Assembly (NCBI GenBank): GCA_963699755.1 | Contig: CAVOVB010000001.1 | Span: forward strand, 928,001 to 992,000 | Length of the DNA: 64,000 nucleotides | Direction: 5' to 3' | Origin: an uncultured delta proteobacterium | GTDB taxonomy: Bacteria > Myxococcota_A > Polyangia > Polyangiales > Houyiibacteriaceae | Shown: piece by piece, positions 27,433 to 37,362 of the stretch | How the letters are laid out: every line of letters begins with the position of its first letter | Position numbering within the stretch: position 1 is the stretch's first letter | Position numbers and translations under genes: made by a program | Notes under the pieces: model-generated | Databases searched by the model: none | Told to the model about the DNA's origin: nothing | Seen by the model: the letters and a program-made list of their open reading frames with translations, nothing else

Positions 27433-28200
27433 TCAGAGAAGGAATTCGTCTTCCAGTTGCAAAATCTGAAGGTTACGCCCCGGGATCTGCGCAAGCTCTC
27501 GAAGCACCTTGGCCTCGAACGTGGGCTTGATGTGATAGAGCAAGATTGGAAGCGCATCGGTTTGGGTCAGCTTGTCGAGCTCGGACGAAAGCATCTCCGG
27601 AGTGAGATGCCGAGATGCCCAGGCGAGGTCGGTTTCGTCGTTTGGAAACGAGACTTCCATCATCAGCGCTTGAAGATCGTCGAGTGCGTTGATTCGTGTC
27701 CAAAGATCTTCGGTCGGTCCCGTGTCTCCACCGTAGACGATGCTCTTGCCGTTCTGACGAATGATGAACGCAGAGGTGTCGACGGTGTGGTTCACCAGGA
27801 CCGGCGTGACTTCGTAACCGTCGACAGCGGCGGCCTGGTTCGGCTGCACTTCGACGTAGCGTACCGTCGGTCCGCCCCTGGCATCGATCTGCGTGAAGTC
27901 CGGCCAGAGGATGTCATTGAAGAAGTGCCTTCGGAGCGCATGGATGGTTTCGGGGATTCCGACGATCTCGAGCGTCGAGCCACCTTGCTGGCATCGATTG
28001 TCCGCAAGCGTGGCGAGGTCACGAACGTGGTCCATGTGCGGGTGACTCACGAGGACCGAGCGAATGCGCGCCTGTTCGTCGAGCGAAAGAGAGCTCGTGA
28101 TGGCGCCGGCATCGATCGCCAGGCTGTCGCCTACCATGAAGCTGGAGGTTCGATGTTTGGGCGTTTCACCGCCATGACAGCCAAGCACTCGGAGCAGCAT
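27433..28200 (-). CDS. 3',5'-cyclic-nucleotide phosphodiesterase, metallo-beta-lactamase fold
   Basis: LRVLGCHGG, IDAG, SHPHMDH, HFFNDILWPDF, VNHTV, GDTGPT, EVSFPN, HLTP, YHIKP. Confidence 0.85.
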   Translation of the reverse strand: MLLRVLGCHGGETPKHRTSSFMVGDSLAIDAGAITSSLSLDEQARIRSVLVSHPHMDHVRDLATLADNRCQQGGSTLEIVGIPETIHALRRHFFNDILWPDFTQIDARGGPTVRYVEVQPNQAAAVDGYEVTPVLVNHTVDTSAFIIRQNGKSIVYGGDTGPTEDLWTRINALDDLQALMMEVSFPNDETDLAWASRHLTPEMLSSELDKLTQTDALPILLYHIKPTFEAKVLRELAQIPGRNLQILQLEDEFLL

Positions 28201-28826
28201 CAGGGTGCCCCTGAATTACGGATGAAATCGAGGAACTCGAGGAGCCGCTGGCCGTCTTTGATGAGGACGAATCCGCTCGACACCTCGACGACACCGACAC
28301 GAGTCAGTCGCCGAAGGGCTGCGCGCACTTCGCTCTCGTCGACGCCCAGGGCAAGCGCCAGATCCTTATCGGTCACATGAGGTGCAGCCGAGCTCGTGGC
28401 TCGTTCGAGGATTGCCTGAAGCTCGAGGATCACGCGCGCGGTCGTGTCGTCTTCGAGAAGAAGATCGATGAACCGATTCGCATTCTCGATGCGTTCAGCG
28501 AGCTGTCGAATCAATCGAATCGCAACCTCACCGTTCCCAGCGACCATCTCTTGAAGCTTGGTGGCCGGAATTTTCAAGAGCTCCGCCTCTTCGAGCACCT
28601 CGGCGGTTGCCGTGCGAGGACGACCGGTGACGACAGCCATCTCTCCGAAGAAATCCCCAGGGCCGAGCGTAGTGACGACGCGCTTTTTGCCGTGGGCCTC
28701 TTTGAGGACGCGGATCTTCCCGGCGCGAATGACGTACATCGAGCCACCCGGGTCGCCTTGACGGAAAACCGTCTTACCCCGGGGCACGCGAACACCAAAT
28801 CTGTCAGCCAAAGACTGAGCTGTCAT
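28200..28826 (-). CDS. Crp/Fnr-family cyclic nucleotide-binding regulator
   Basis: VFRQGDPG.SMYVI..G, FFGEMA...RPRTATA and a C-terminal HTH-like segment; start at ATG 28826. Confidence 0.85.
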   Translation of the reverse strand: MTAQSLADRFGVRVPRGKTVFRQGDPGGSMYVIRAGKIRVLKEAHGKKRVVTTLGPGDFFGEMAVVTGRPRTATAEVLEEAELLKIPATKLQEMVAGNGEVAIRLIRQLAERIENANRFIDLLLEDDTTARVILELQAILERATSSAAPHVTDKDLALALGVDESEVRAALRRLTRVGVVEVSSGFVLIKDGQRLLEFLDFIRNSGAP

Positions 28827-28905
28827 ACCCCCACCGCATTCAATGTACTCCGCTGCGAAGTCGACCGCCAGATCGATAGGCCCTAATCTCGTGAAGGAGG
28901 GCTCG

Positions 28906-30366
28906 ATGACGCTCGACTGGCAGCAAGTCCAGGAATTCGCGCCGGAGTTGGGACTGGTGCTCGACTTCATCGTCGCGCTGGCAGCGTCCTCGCACGTCAT
29001 TCTCAACAAGAGCGACACCCGCTCGGCGACGGCATGGGTGGGACTGATTTGGCTGGTTCCGTTCGTCGGCTCGCTTCTCTACATCTTCCTCGGGATCAAC
29101 CGGATAGAGCGGCGCGCGAAGATCCTCAAGTCCGGCGTCACCGACTACAGCGTCCCGCTGGACGAGGCTCCACGTTCGCCGGCAGATTTGGATCGGGAGC
29201 TCGGAAGTAGCCGTGCGCGATTGATCGAGCTCGCCCGAGTGGTGGCCGGCGTCACGGGCCGACCCTTGCTGGTGGGCAACCACGTCGAACGCCTCGTCGA
29301 TGGCGATGAAGCATATCCAGCCATGATCGGTGCGGTTCGCGACGCGAAGGAATCGATCTCGCTCATGAGCTACATCTTCGAAGCCGAAGGCATCGGGGCC
29401 GTGCTGATCGATGCGCTCGCGGAGGCCATCGATCGCGGAGTCGAAGTCCGTGTCTTGGTGGACGACGTCGGCGTGCGTTACGCGCGCCCTCGAATCCATC
29501 GCGTCTTGAGGAAGCGAGGTATCCCGGTCGCGAACTTTCTGCCCGCATTGCTGCCTCGCTCCGTCACGCATTTCAACCTGCGGAACCACTGCAAGGTCCT
29601 GGTCGTGGACGGACGACTTGGGTTCACCGGTGGCATGAACATTCGTCAGGCCTCGGTCTTGGCCTCGAAGCCAGCCTATCCGACCAAGGACCTGCACTTC
29701 CGTGTCCTCGGTCCGGTCGTGGCGCAGCTCCAGGAGGCGTTTGCGCGCGATTGGGCATTCACGACGGGGGAGCGCTTGGCCGGGCGCCGCTGGTTTCCCG
29801 AGCTTCGACCGGCGGGAGAGACGCTAGCGCGTGCCATCGCCGACGGCCCAGATCGGGACCTCAACACGCTACATTGGGTGTTCCTCGCGGCGATTGGTGC
29901 AGCGCGGCGCTCGATCCGAATCATGACGCCGTACTTCTTGCCGGACCAGGTTCTGATCAAGGCGCTTCACCTCGCCGCCCAACGCGGAGTCGAGGTCGAC
30001 ATCATCGTGCCGGAGGTCGGAAACCTCCCGGTCGTGCGTTGGGCAATGTGGGGCCAGTACCGTCAGGTACTCGATGATGGAGTTCGACTCTGGCTCACGC
30101 CGCCGCCCTTCGATCATTCGAAGCTGTTCGTCGTCGATGGCTACTGGTCGTCGATCGGCTCGGCAAACTGGGACCCACGCAGCTTGCGCTTGAGCTTCGA
30201 GCTCAACTTGGAGTGCTACGACGAGGAGCTCGGGGCGAGTCTCGAAGATCACGTCCGAAACCGCCTGCTGGACGCACGGCTGCTGACGGTGGAAGAGCTC
30301 GACGGCCGTTCGCTTTTTCTGAGGCTTCGAGACGGGACCGCGCGGCTCTGGAAACCTTATCTCTGA
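28906..30366 (+). CDS. cls: Cardiolipin synthase (phospholipase D family)
   Basis: PLDc_N helices and two HKD motifs (NHCKVLVVDG, DHSKLFVVDG); AAGGAGG RBS before ATG 28906. Confidence 0.9.
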   Translation: MTLDWQQVQEFAPELGLVLDFIVALAASSHVILNKSDTRSATAWVGLIWLVPFVGSLLYIFLGINRIERRAKILKSGVTDYSVPLDEAPRSPADLDRELGSSRARLIELARVVAGVTGRPLLVGNHVERLVDGDEAYPAMIGAVRDAKESISLMSYIFEAEGIGAVLIDALAEAIDRGVEVRVLVDDVGVRYARPRIHRVLRKRGIPVANFLPALLPRSVTHFNLRNHCKVLVVDGRLGFTGGMNIRQASVLASKPAYPTKDLHFRVLGPVVAQLQEAFARDWAFTTGERLAGRRWFPELRPAGETLARAIADGPDRDLNTLHWVFLAAIGAARRSIRIMTPYFLPDQVLIKALHLAAQRGVEVDIIVPEVGNLPVVRWAMWGQYRQVLDDGVRLWLTPPPFDHSKLFVVDGYWSSIGSANWDPRSLRLSFELNLECYDEELGASLEDHVRNRLLDARLLTVEELDGRSLFLRLRDGTARLWKPYL

Positions 30367-31025
30367 GTGCGAGTGAGCGCGCTCATGCAGCTGGCCGTTG
30401 CGGGGGCTGCGGCCCAGTCGATCGAAAGATGCGCGCGCAGGACGGCCAAGTCCTCCGGCTCGTCGATGTCGTACCAGGGAGGGAGTAGCGCGGGCTCTGT
30501 TGGAGCATTCGCTTTGACCGTGTCTTCGAGCGCAGTTTGCGTAGACCAGTGAACCCCTTCGAAGCTCGGGCAAAGGCCCCCGGAGGCCCCTACGGCATAG
30601 TAGCCACCGTCCTGCGCCGGGCCGAGCACGAACGGTCGTCGTTCCAGTGATTCAAAGGCCGCCCCGATGATCTCGATCGGCAAGGTGGGGATGTCACTGC
30701 CGATGACTACGACGCGCTCGAACCCTCGAAGGCCCTCTTCGAAGACCGCCCGGAGCCTCACACCCAGGTCACCCTCGGGTTGAAGCCGTGGCGAGGTCCC
30801 AAGGCGCTCCGCCCATTCGGAAACGATCGGGTCCCAGCCGTCCGACCAGAGGGCCACCTCGACGCGGCCCGCCGCGCGAACCCGCGCGCAGCGCGCGAGG
30901 GTGTCCTCGACGAACGCCTGGTAGAGCAGAGCCGCGCCCTCCGCTCCAAACCGTGCGGCAAGTCGGGTCTTCGCCCTTCCTGCCTTTGGAGGCCGCACGA
31001 AGACGGCGAGCTGCGCTAGATCCAT
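30357..31025 (-). CDS. TIGR04282/DUF2064 family nucleotide-diphospho-sugar transferase-like protein
   Basis: P..GRAKTRL, Q..GDLG.RL, VIGSDIP, LGPAQDGGYY, WST, DIDEPEDL. Confidence 0.85.
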   Translation of the reverse strand: MDLAQLAVFVRPPKAGRAKTRLAARFGAEGAALLYQAFVEDTLARCARVRAAGRVEVALWSDGWDPIVSEWAERLGTSPRLQPEGDLGVRLRAVFEEGLRGFERVVVIGSDIPTLPIEIIGAAFESLERRPFVLGPAQDGGYYAVGASGGLCPSFEGVHWSTQTALEDTVKANAPTEPALLPPWYDIDEPEDLAVLRAHLSIDWAAAPATASCMSALTRTQR

Positions 31026-31702
31026 GCGTAGCGGCCTAGCAGCCAGAGGATCTTCACGCCCGCACCCAGAGAGCCACGGAGCGTGCCGCTGACCTTCGAG
31101 ACTCCGATTCGCTGGCGATACGAGACCGGCACTTCGCGATAGGGAACCGAACGCTGCGCGGCCTTGATCTGCATCTCGACCGTCCAACCGAAGTTGCGGT
31201 CTTGCATGTCCAAGGCCTGCAAGGTTTGCCAGCGTATCGCGCGAAACGGACCGAGGTCGCTGTAGCGCACGCCGTAGAGCAGCCGAAGCGCGCCACAAGC
31301 GATTGAATTCCCGACACGCTGCTGCGGGCTCAAGGCGCCGCGCTCCCGGACGCCCCGCGCACGTGAGCCGACCACCATGTCCGCATCACCGGCCAAGATT
31401 GGGGCGATCAGGGCGTTGAGCTCGTTCGGATGGTCGCTGTAATCGCCATCGAGAAAGACGACGATCTCGGGCGGGTCGTCGGCGAGGTGGGCGAGCGCCC
31501 TCAAGCAGGCCGCCCCGTAGCCGCGCTCGGGCTCGTGGACCAGCTCGGCCCCGTGCTCGAGGGCGCGCTCCGCGGTGCGATCGGTCGAGCCGTTGTCGGC
31601 AACGACCACCCGCCGAACCGCCGGGCGCGGGATGTCGCCGAGCACCAACGGGAGGGCGGCTTCCTCGTTGAGGGCGGGGATGATGACGTCGACGTTTAGC
31701 AT
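31016..31702 (-). CDS. Glycosyltransferase family 2
   Basis: IIPALNEE, DNGSTD, RGYGAAC, FLDGDYSD, DLGPFRAI, GWTVEMQ. Confidence 0.92.
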   Translation of the reverse strand: MLNVDVIIPALNEEAALPLVLGDIPRPAVRRVVVADNGSTDRTAERALEHGAELVHEPERGYGAACLRALAHLADDPPEIVVFLDGDYSDHPNELNALIAPILAGDADMVVGSRARGVRERGALSPQQRVGNSIACGALRLLYGVRYSDLGPFRAIRWQTLQALDMQDRNFGWTVEMQIKAAQRSVPYREVPVSYRQRIGVSKVSGTLRGSLGAGVKILWLLGRYAWI

Positions 31703-31815
31703 GGGGTGAACGTACGCCGGCCGGGCGGCGTCGTCATCGCGGACTGGGACCTCGCCCAGGGCCTTCGACTGCGCTTTGCCACGCCCCCCGGATATCGCCT
31801 AGCCGACGCGAGCTC

Positions 31816-32436
31816 CTAGAGCCGCTTCGAGTAGTACTCGATGACGAGGTCGATTTCGAGCGCGAAGGGCACCGACTCCACTTTGGGGGAGCCCTTGACG
31901 GTGGCGCTTGCTTTGCCCTCGTCGAACTCGATCCAGTCCGGACGGGCGATGCGGACATCTTCGAGAGACGCAGCGACCGTCGACAGCTCTTTGCTGCGAT
32001 CGCGAAGGCTCACGACGTCACCTTCACGCACACGATACGACGGGATATTGAGCCGCTTGCCGTTGACGAGGAAGTGGCCGTGGCAAACCAGCTGACGAGC
32101 GGCTGGGATCGTCGGCGCGAATCCAGCGCGGAAGACGAAGTTGTCGAGACGACGCTCGAGAAGCTCGACGAGCTTGTCACCGGATGGGTCCTTGCTGTGC
32201 ACCGCTTCCCGGTAGAGCCGCCGGAACTGCCCCTCGTTGAGGCCGTAGTTGAAGCGCAGCTTCTGCTTTTCGAGAAGCTGCTTCTTGAAGTCGCTGATCT
32301 TGCGGCGACGCGCTGACTTGGGCCCGTGGACGCCGGGGGGATAAGGACGATCCCACATCGTCTTGCGCGAAAGACCGGGAAGGTCGATGCCGAGCGCTCG
32401 CATGCGCTTTACCCTGGGTCCTGTGTATCGAGACAT
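31816..32436 (-). CDS. rpsD: 30S ribosomal protein S4 (stand-alone, no Cys motif)
   Basis: MSRYTGP, QLLEKQKLRFNYG, LERRLDN, ARQLVCHGH, VIEYYSK. Confidence 0.96.
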   Translation of the reverse strand: MSRYTGPRVKRMRALGIDLPGLSRKTMWDRPYPPGVHGPKSARRRKISDFKKQLLEKQKLRFNYGLNEGQFRRLYREAVHSKDPSGDKLVELLERRLDNFVFRAGFAPTIPAARQLVCHGHFLVNGKRLNIPSYRVREGDVVSLRDRSKELSTVAASLEDVRIARPDWIEFDEGKASATVKGSPKVESVPFALEIDLVIEYYSKRL

Positions 32437-32437
32437 C

Positions 32438-32499
32438 TATAAGGCTCCTGGCGCGGAATCCCTGGGCTTTTGCCCGCTCCGCGCGAGGCGGCCCTTATA
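32438..32499 (-). promoter_or_regulatory. Structured 5' leader of rpsD covering the SD (candidate r-protein leader)
   Basis: Nested pairings UAUAAGG(G)C/GCCUUAUA, CCU/AGG, GCGCGGA/UCCGCGC and GGGC-AAAA-GCCC; the structure ends 1 nt before the AUG. Confidence 0.55.
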
Positions 32500-32596
32500 C
32501 GGCAATCTGTGGGGGAGGCAAATCGAGGTGGAGATCGAGATTGCAGACGCCTGCAGCCGGCTAGCTCAGGGCCGAATTTCCCGGTAATCAGGCGAG

Positions 32597-34003
32597 GTGG
32601 GGGAGCGTCGGACCATTCATTTCGTGTCGCTCGGATGCGCAAAGAACCGCGTCGATACCGAGGTCATGCTGGGGGTGAGCGACCAGTCGGGCTTCAAGAT
32701 CGTCGAGGACCCAGCCGAAGCGGAGGTGATCGTCGTCAACACCTGCGGCTTCATTGGGCCGGCCAAAGAGGAGTCCATCGATACGATCCTCGAGATGAGC
32801 GCCCACAAGGCCGGCGGCAGCTGCCAGAAGTTGGTCGTGGCCGGCTGCCTCTCGCAGCGCTATCCGGACGAGCTGTCTCGGGAGCTTCCGGAAGTCGACC
32901 ACTTCCTCGGCTCGAGCGACATGCTGAAGCTCGCGTCGGTGCTCGGCGGTGGCCAAGAGCGAATGCTGGTCGGCAACCCGGCACGATACACCATGCGCGC
33001 CAGCGACCCGCGTGTCCTGACGGGTCAGACCCACCGCGCCTATATGAAGATCGCCGAGGGCTGTAACCGCGAGTGTAGCTTCTGCGCGATACCCTCCTTC
33101 CGAGGCAAGCAACGCTCGCGCGACATCACAGACCTCGTTCGCGAAGCTGGAATCCTGGCTGCGGCCGGCGTCGTCGAGCTGAACCTGATCAGCCAGGACA
33201 CGATTGCCTATGGGCGCGATCTTCCCGAGCACCGGTCACTCGCCGAGCTACTCATGGCGCTCGCCGAGGTGGACGGCATTCGCTGGATCCGCGCCCACTA
33301 CCTCTACCCCGAGAAGCTGACCGACTCGCTCATCGAGGTGATCGCCGAGCAGGAAAAGGTGCTCCCTTACGTCGACATGCCGCTTCAGCACGCCTCCGAT
33401 TCGATGCTCCGCGCGATGCGACGTGGTCACGGTGGCGACCGGATGTACAAAGTCGTCGAACGCTTGCGCCGCTCGATTCCAGACCTCGTCTTTCGAACGA
33501 CCTTCATCGTCGGACACCCCGGTGAAACCGACGGGGACTTCGAGCAGCTGCGAAGCTTCGTCGAATGGGCCGAGTTCGATCACGTTGGCGTGTTCCTGTA
33601 TTCGCCCGAGGAAGGCACCCCGAGCGGCGACATGACCGATACGGTGGACCCCGAGGTCGCCAAAGCCCGTTACCACGAGCTGATGGACGTCCAGCGTCCG
33701 CTCAGCCGCGAACGCTTGGAGCTGAGGGTAGGGACCGAGCTCGACGTTCTTGTCGAAGGACTGAGTGACGAAAGCGACTTGCTGCTCCAGGGGCGTTGGT
33801 GGGGTCAGGCGCCCGAGGTCGACGGAAGCGTGTACCTGGCCAATGGAACGGCGCGAGCGGGAGAGATCCGGAGGGTCTTGGTGACCGATGCCGCAGACTA
33901 CGACCTGATGGCAGACTTCATCGATGGGCCAGTCGGCCGAGACGCCCCGCCCGACGCAAAAGATCCCCGAGCGCCCAAAGTTAAGCTACGAACACTAGCG
34001 TGA
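32597..34003 (+). CDS. rimO: Ribosomal protein S12 methylthiotransferase
   Basis: SLGCAKNRVD, NTCGFI, radical SAM CNRECSFC, YLYP and TRAM domain with APEVDG. Confidence 0.95.
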   Translation: MGERRTIHFVSLGCAKNRVDTEVMLGVSDQSGFKIVEDPAEAEVIVVNTCGFIGPAKEESIDTILEMSAHKAGGSCQKLVVAGCLSQRYPDELSRELPEVDHFLGSSDMLKLASVLGGGQERMLVGNPARYTMRASDPRVLTGQTHRAYMKIAEGCNRECSFCAIPSFRGKQRSRDITDLVREAGILAAAGVVELNLISQDTIAYGRDLPEHRSLAELLMALAEVDGIRWIRAHYLYPEKLTDSLIEVIAEQEKVLPYVDMPLQHASDSMLRAMRRGHGGDRMYKVVERLRRSIPDLVFRTTFIVGHPGETDGDFEQLRSFVEWAEFDHVGVFLYSPEEGTPSGDMTDTVDPEVAKARYHELMDVQRPLSRERLELRVGTELDVLVEGLSDESDLLLQGRWWGQAPEVDGSVYLANGTARAGEIRRVLVTDAADYDLMADFIDGPVGRDAPPDAKDPRAPKVKLRTLA

Positions 34004-34728
34004 AGTGGACTGGGCTCGCTCTGCTGCTCGCGTCGCTCGTGGCCCTCACCGGCTGTGCAACCGCGGTTCCAGCGATGAGCGGCGGGTCGACGACTCCGAA
34101 GAACCGCACGGACCTGGGCTTGGGTGGCGCTGCCCGCGTACCCCTCGGCGATCTCAGAGACCCGGCCGTGCTCGACCCGGGTGCCTCGCAATACCGCTAC
34201 GCGACAGACGCCGGCGGCGTCGTTCCAATGGCCTACGGCCGCTACGGAATCGCACGCAACTGGGACCTGGGCTTGATGGTTTCGGGTGCGACCGTCAAAG
34301 CCGAGGCGCGCTACGAGAAAGTACTCCAGGAAGGGACGACTCGATCGAGCTTGATCGTCGGCCTTGCGCCTTACGGCGGTTGGATTCCCGACCGCGATCG
34401 ATCGGGCAGCGGTGGACGTGTGGGCTTCGAGGTGCCGATCGTTTACGGAGTCGACTTCGGCGGTGTCTACGAGCTCTGGATCGGAGCGCGCGGCAGTGGG
34501 GAGTATGTCTTCGGGGACTTTCAGGTCGCAGGCTCCGAGCAAAGGGCCAGTGGAGCAGGGGTCCGAGCGGGGCCCGTCATCGGAATGGCGCTCGGCGTCC
34601 GCCGGGTGCATGCCCTGGTCGAGCTGACGGCCGCGTACGAGCACTGGTTCGTCGACCACGCGGGAGCCTCGCTCGACCGTGGTGGTTTCGTGTTGATTCC
34701 AGGCTTTGGGCTTCGTCTACGGCTCTAG
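34000..34728 (+). CDS. Hypothetical lipoprotein / outer-membrane beta-strand protein
   Basis: Lipobox LTGC and alternating beta-strand pattern; start overlaps the rimO stop. Confidence 0.6.
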   Translation: MKWTGLALLLASLVALTGCATAVPAMSGGSTTPKNRTDLGLGGAARVPLGDLRDPAVLDPGASQYRYATDAGGVVPMAYGRYGIARNWDLGLMVSGATVKAEARYEKVLQEGTTRSSLIVGLAPYGGWIPDRDRSGSGGRVGFEVPIVYGVDFGGVYELWIGARGSGEYVFGDFQVAGSEQRASGAGVRAGPVIGMALGVRRVHALVELTAAYEHWFVDHAGASLDRGGFVLIPGFGLRLRL

Positions 34729-34753
34729 CCGATTCGAGTCGGCCTTCGGCAGC

Positions 34754-35326
34754 TCAGGCGGTCTTCGGCCGGCGCGAGCCCCGCGGCTTCGGGCGCTTGT
34801 TCTTCGGCTGCGGCTTTTCGTTGTCGCCTCGAAGTAGGTTGCCGACAAAGGCCCCCATCAGCGCCATCATCGTAGCCATCAGGACTCCGAGCACATAGGC
34901 GCCCGTCGAGAGCTGGTAGACGTCCGCGATACTCGAGAGGAATACCATGGTGGGAATCGCCGCCAGGAAACCCCCGACCGGTGGCTCGAGAAAGTTCTTG
35001 CCCGGCGAGAGGTAGTTGATCGCTGCGGCGCCGACGAACCAGAGGACGATGATGATGACGATGCCGGGAAACCCCTGCGGATCATAGGTCGGAATGATGA
35101 GAGGCAGGAGTCCCACGGCGAGCGCGGCCATCACGAGAAAGAGCCCGAATGAGATGAATACCCAGCGAAGCTCGAACTCATCGGGTTGATTCCGACGAGC
35201 ATAGAGCTCCTCTTCGCTCAGCTCGGACGCAAGCTCCGACAGGCGCGCCCCGCAGGAACGACAGCGCTCGGAAATCTTCGGATTGCTCGCGCCACATACG
35301 TGGCATTCGATCTCTTCGGCAGCCAT
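34754..35326 (-). CDS. Zinc-ribbon domain membrane protein
   Basis: CHVCG...CRSCG followed by about four TM segments; GAGG RBS before ATG 35326. Confidence 0.7.
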   Translation of the reverse strand: MAAEEIECHVCGASNPKISERCRSCGARLSELASELSEEELYARRNQPDEFELRWVFISFGLFLVMAALAVGLLPLIIPTYDPQGFPGIVIIIVLWFVGAAAINYLSPGKNFLEPPVGGFLAAIPTMVFLSSIADVYQLSTGAYVLGVLMATMMALMGAFVGNLLRGDNEKPQPKNKRPKPRGSRRPKTA

Positions 35327-35423
35327 ATCTTCCTCACTCGACTGGTAGCGTCTCCCCGGGCGCATTGTCTACGGCGGACCGCTGAAGCGCAACTGCCAGT
35401 ACATGCGGGAAAATCGCGCGTGC

Positions 35424-35451
35424 TTGACGCGGGGTGCGAGGCGGCTACCTT
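35424..35451 (+). promoter_or_regulatory. Possible sigma70 promoter of aspS
   Basis: TTGACG, 16-nt spacer, TACCTT. Confidence 0.35.
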
Positions 35452-35490
35452 CCCGCCGTTCCCGAAAAACCGGGCTGAAGGAGGCCTCGA

Positions 35491-37362
35491 GTGGCCCGTT
35501 TTATCGACGAGCTCAAGCGTACGCATAGTTGTGGTGAACTCAGAGAGGAGAACATCGATCAGGAGATCGTCCTCTTTGGCTGGGTGCAGAACCGACGCGA
35601 CCATGGCGGCTGCATCTTCATCGACCTGCGTGACCGCGATGGGCTGACTCAGGTGGTCTTCGACCCAGAGACGACGGACAAAGCCGCCTTCCAGACTGCC
35701 GATAAGGCCCGCTCGGAGTGGGTGCTCGGGGTGCGGGGCAAGGTTCGCGACCGTGGCAGCAAGGATGACGGCACGAGCCTCCACAACCCACGACTCGAAA
35801 CCGGTGCCATCGAAGTCATCGCGCTCGAAGCGACGATCTTCAACAAGGCCGAAACGCCACCGTTCGAGATCGAAGACCAAATCACGACCGGCGAAGACAA
35901 GCGCCTCGAGTACCGCTATCTCGATCTGCGACGCCCGATGCTGCAGAAGAACCTGATGATGCGGAGCAAGCTCAATCATCAGGCCCGCAACTACTTCAGC
36001 GACAACGGCTTCATCGAGGTCGAAACACCGTTCATGGTCAAGTACACGCCGGGTGGCGCACGGAACTTCTTGGTTCCGTCCCGTCTTTACAGCGGCCACT
36101 TCTATGCGCTCGCGGAGAGCCCGCAGCTCTACAAGCAGCTGCTGATGTGCGCCGGCTTCGACAAGTACTACCAAATCGTCCGTTGCTTTCGAGACGAGGA
36201 CCTGCGCATCGACCGGCAGCCGGAATTCACCCAGATCGACATCGAGATGTCCTTCATCAATCAGGACGACCTGTTCAAGGTCCTCGAAGGCTTGGTGTTC
36301 CGGCTTTGGAAAGAGGTCCTCGGAGTCGACCTGCTCCAGCGCTACCCGACCGGCGAATTCCCTCGGATTCCTTACGCGGAATCGATGGAGCGCTTCGGCA
36401 ACGACAAGCCGGACATGCGCTTTGGAATGGAGCACGTCGACCTGACCGAGCTAACCGTAGAGCATGGCGGCGGCGGAATCGGAATGTTGGAGCCAATCGC
36501 GAAGAAGTTCAGCGACGGTGCGTACCGACGCGACCTTCCGACAGAGATCGTGAAGGCAATGGTCGTCCCATCTGGGCACGGTTTCTCGCGCAAGGATCTC
36601 GACGCGCTCGAGAAGTTCGTGCATCAGATGGGCGCCAAGGGCCTCGCGCGCGCGAAAGTCGATGGCGAGGGCAGCTGGCTGCAAAGCCCGCTTGCCAAGA
36701 TGGTTACGCCCGAGTTCCGGAAGGCCGTGAACGAGAGGGTGGGAGCAAAGGACGGAGACCTCATCTTCTTCCAGTTCGGGCCGACGGCGAAGGTTCATAC
36801 CGTGATGGCCAACCTCCGTCTGCATCTGGCGCGAAAGCTCGGCGTGATTCCCGAAACCGGCAGCGGAGGGGACTGGAACTTCCTTTGGGTCGTCGACCCG
36901 CCCTTGTTCGATCGCAACGAGGAGAAGAAGCGCTGGGAAGCCGCGCATCACGTCTTCACTCGCCCCCATGACGAGTGCATCGAGCTGCTCGGCAGCGACC
37001 CGGGAAAGGTTCTTTGCTATCGCTACGACCTCGTGCTCAACGGCTTCGAAATCGCCGGTGGCTCGATTCGATTGCACGACCCGGAAGTCCAGAAGAAGGT
37101 CTTCGAGGTGATCGGCCTGAGCGACGAAGAAGCCCGAGAGAAATTCGGCTTTCTCCTGGATGCCCTGACCTACGGCGCCCCGCCCCACGGCGGAATCGCG
37201 TTCGGCATGGACCGCGTTGCGATGCTGGCGGCCGAGACGGAGTCGATTCGCGACGTGATCGCGTTCCCGAAGACGCAGCGGGCCAACGACCTGATGACCT
37301 CGGCACCCTCCAGGGTCGATCCCGAGCAGCTCTTGGACCTCAAGATCAAGACGCTGGAGTAG
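35491..37362 (+). CDS. aspS: Aspartate--tRNA ligase (likely non-discriminating)
   Basis: RTHSCGELR, RRDHGG, RCFRDEDLR.DRQPEFTQ, GAPPHGG.AFG.DR, VIAFPKT. Confidence 0.97.
   Translation: MARFIDELKRTHSCGELREENIDQEIVLFGWVQNRRDHGGCIFIDLRDRDGLTQVVFDPETTDKAAFQTADKARSEWVLGVRGKVRDRGSKDDGTSLHNPRLETGAIEVIALEATIFNKAETPPFEIEDQITTGEDKRLEYRYLDLRRPMLQKNLMMRSKLNHQARNYFSDNGFIEVETPFMVKYTPGGARNFLVPSRLYSGHFYALAESPQLYKQLLMCAGFDKYYQIVRCFRDEDLRIDRQPEFTQIDIEMSFINQDDLFKVLEGLVFRLWKEVLGVDLLQRYPTGEFPRIPYAESMERFGNDKPDMRFGMEHVDLTELTVEHGGGGIGMLEPIAKKFSDGAYRRDLPTEIVKAMVVPSGHGFSRKDLDALEKFVHQMGAKGLARAKVDGEGSWLQSPLAKMVTPEFRKAVNERVGAKDGDLIFFQFGPTAKVHTVMANLRLHLARKLGVIPETGSGGDWNFLWVVDPPLFDRNEEKKRWEAAHHVFTRPHDECIELLGSDPGKVLCYRYDLVLNGFEIAGGSIRLHDPEVQKKVFEVIGLSDEEAREKFGFLLDALTYGAPPHGGIAFGMDRVAMLAAETESIRDVIAFPKTQRANDLMTSAPSRVDPEQLLDLKIKTLE

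Noticed and set aside
27148..28380. 410-aa plus-strand ORF
   Set aside because: Antisense shadow of the PDE gene with no recognisable motifs.
30357..31702. Arsenosugar or selenium-related pathway suggested by the TIGR04282-like gene
   Set aside because: No partner radical SAM or methyltransferase gene is adjacent (rimO is unrelated); only a generic GT pair is supported.
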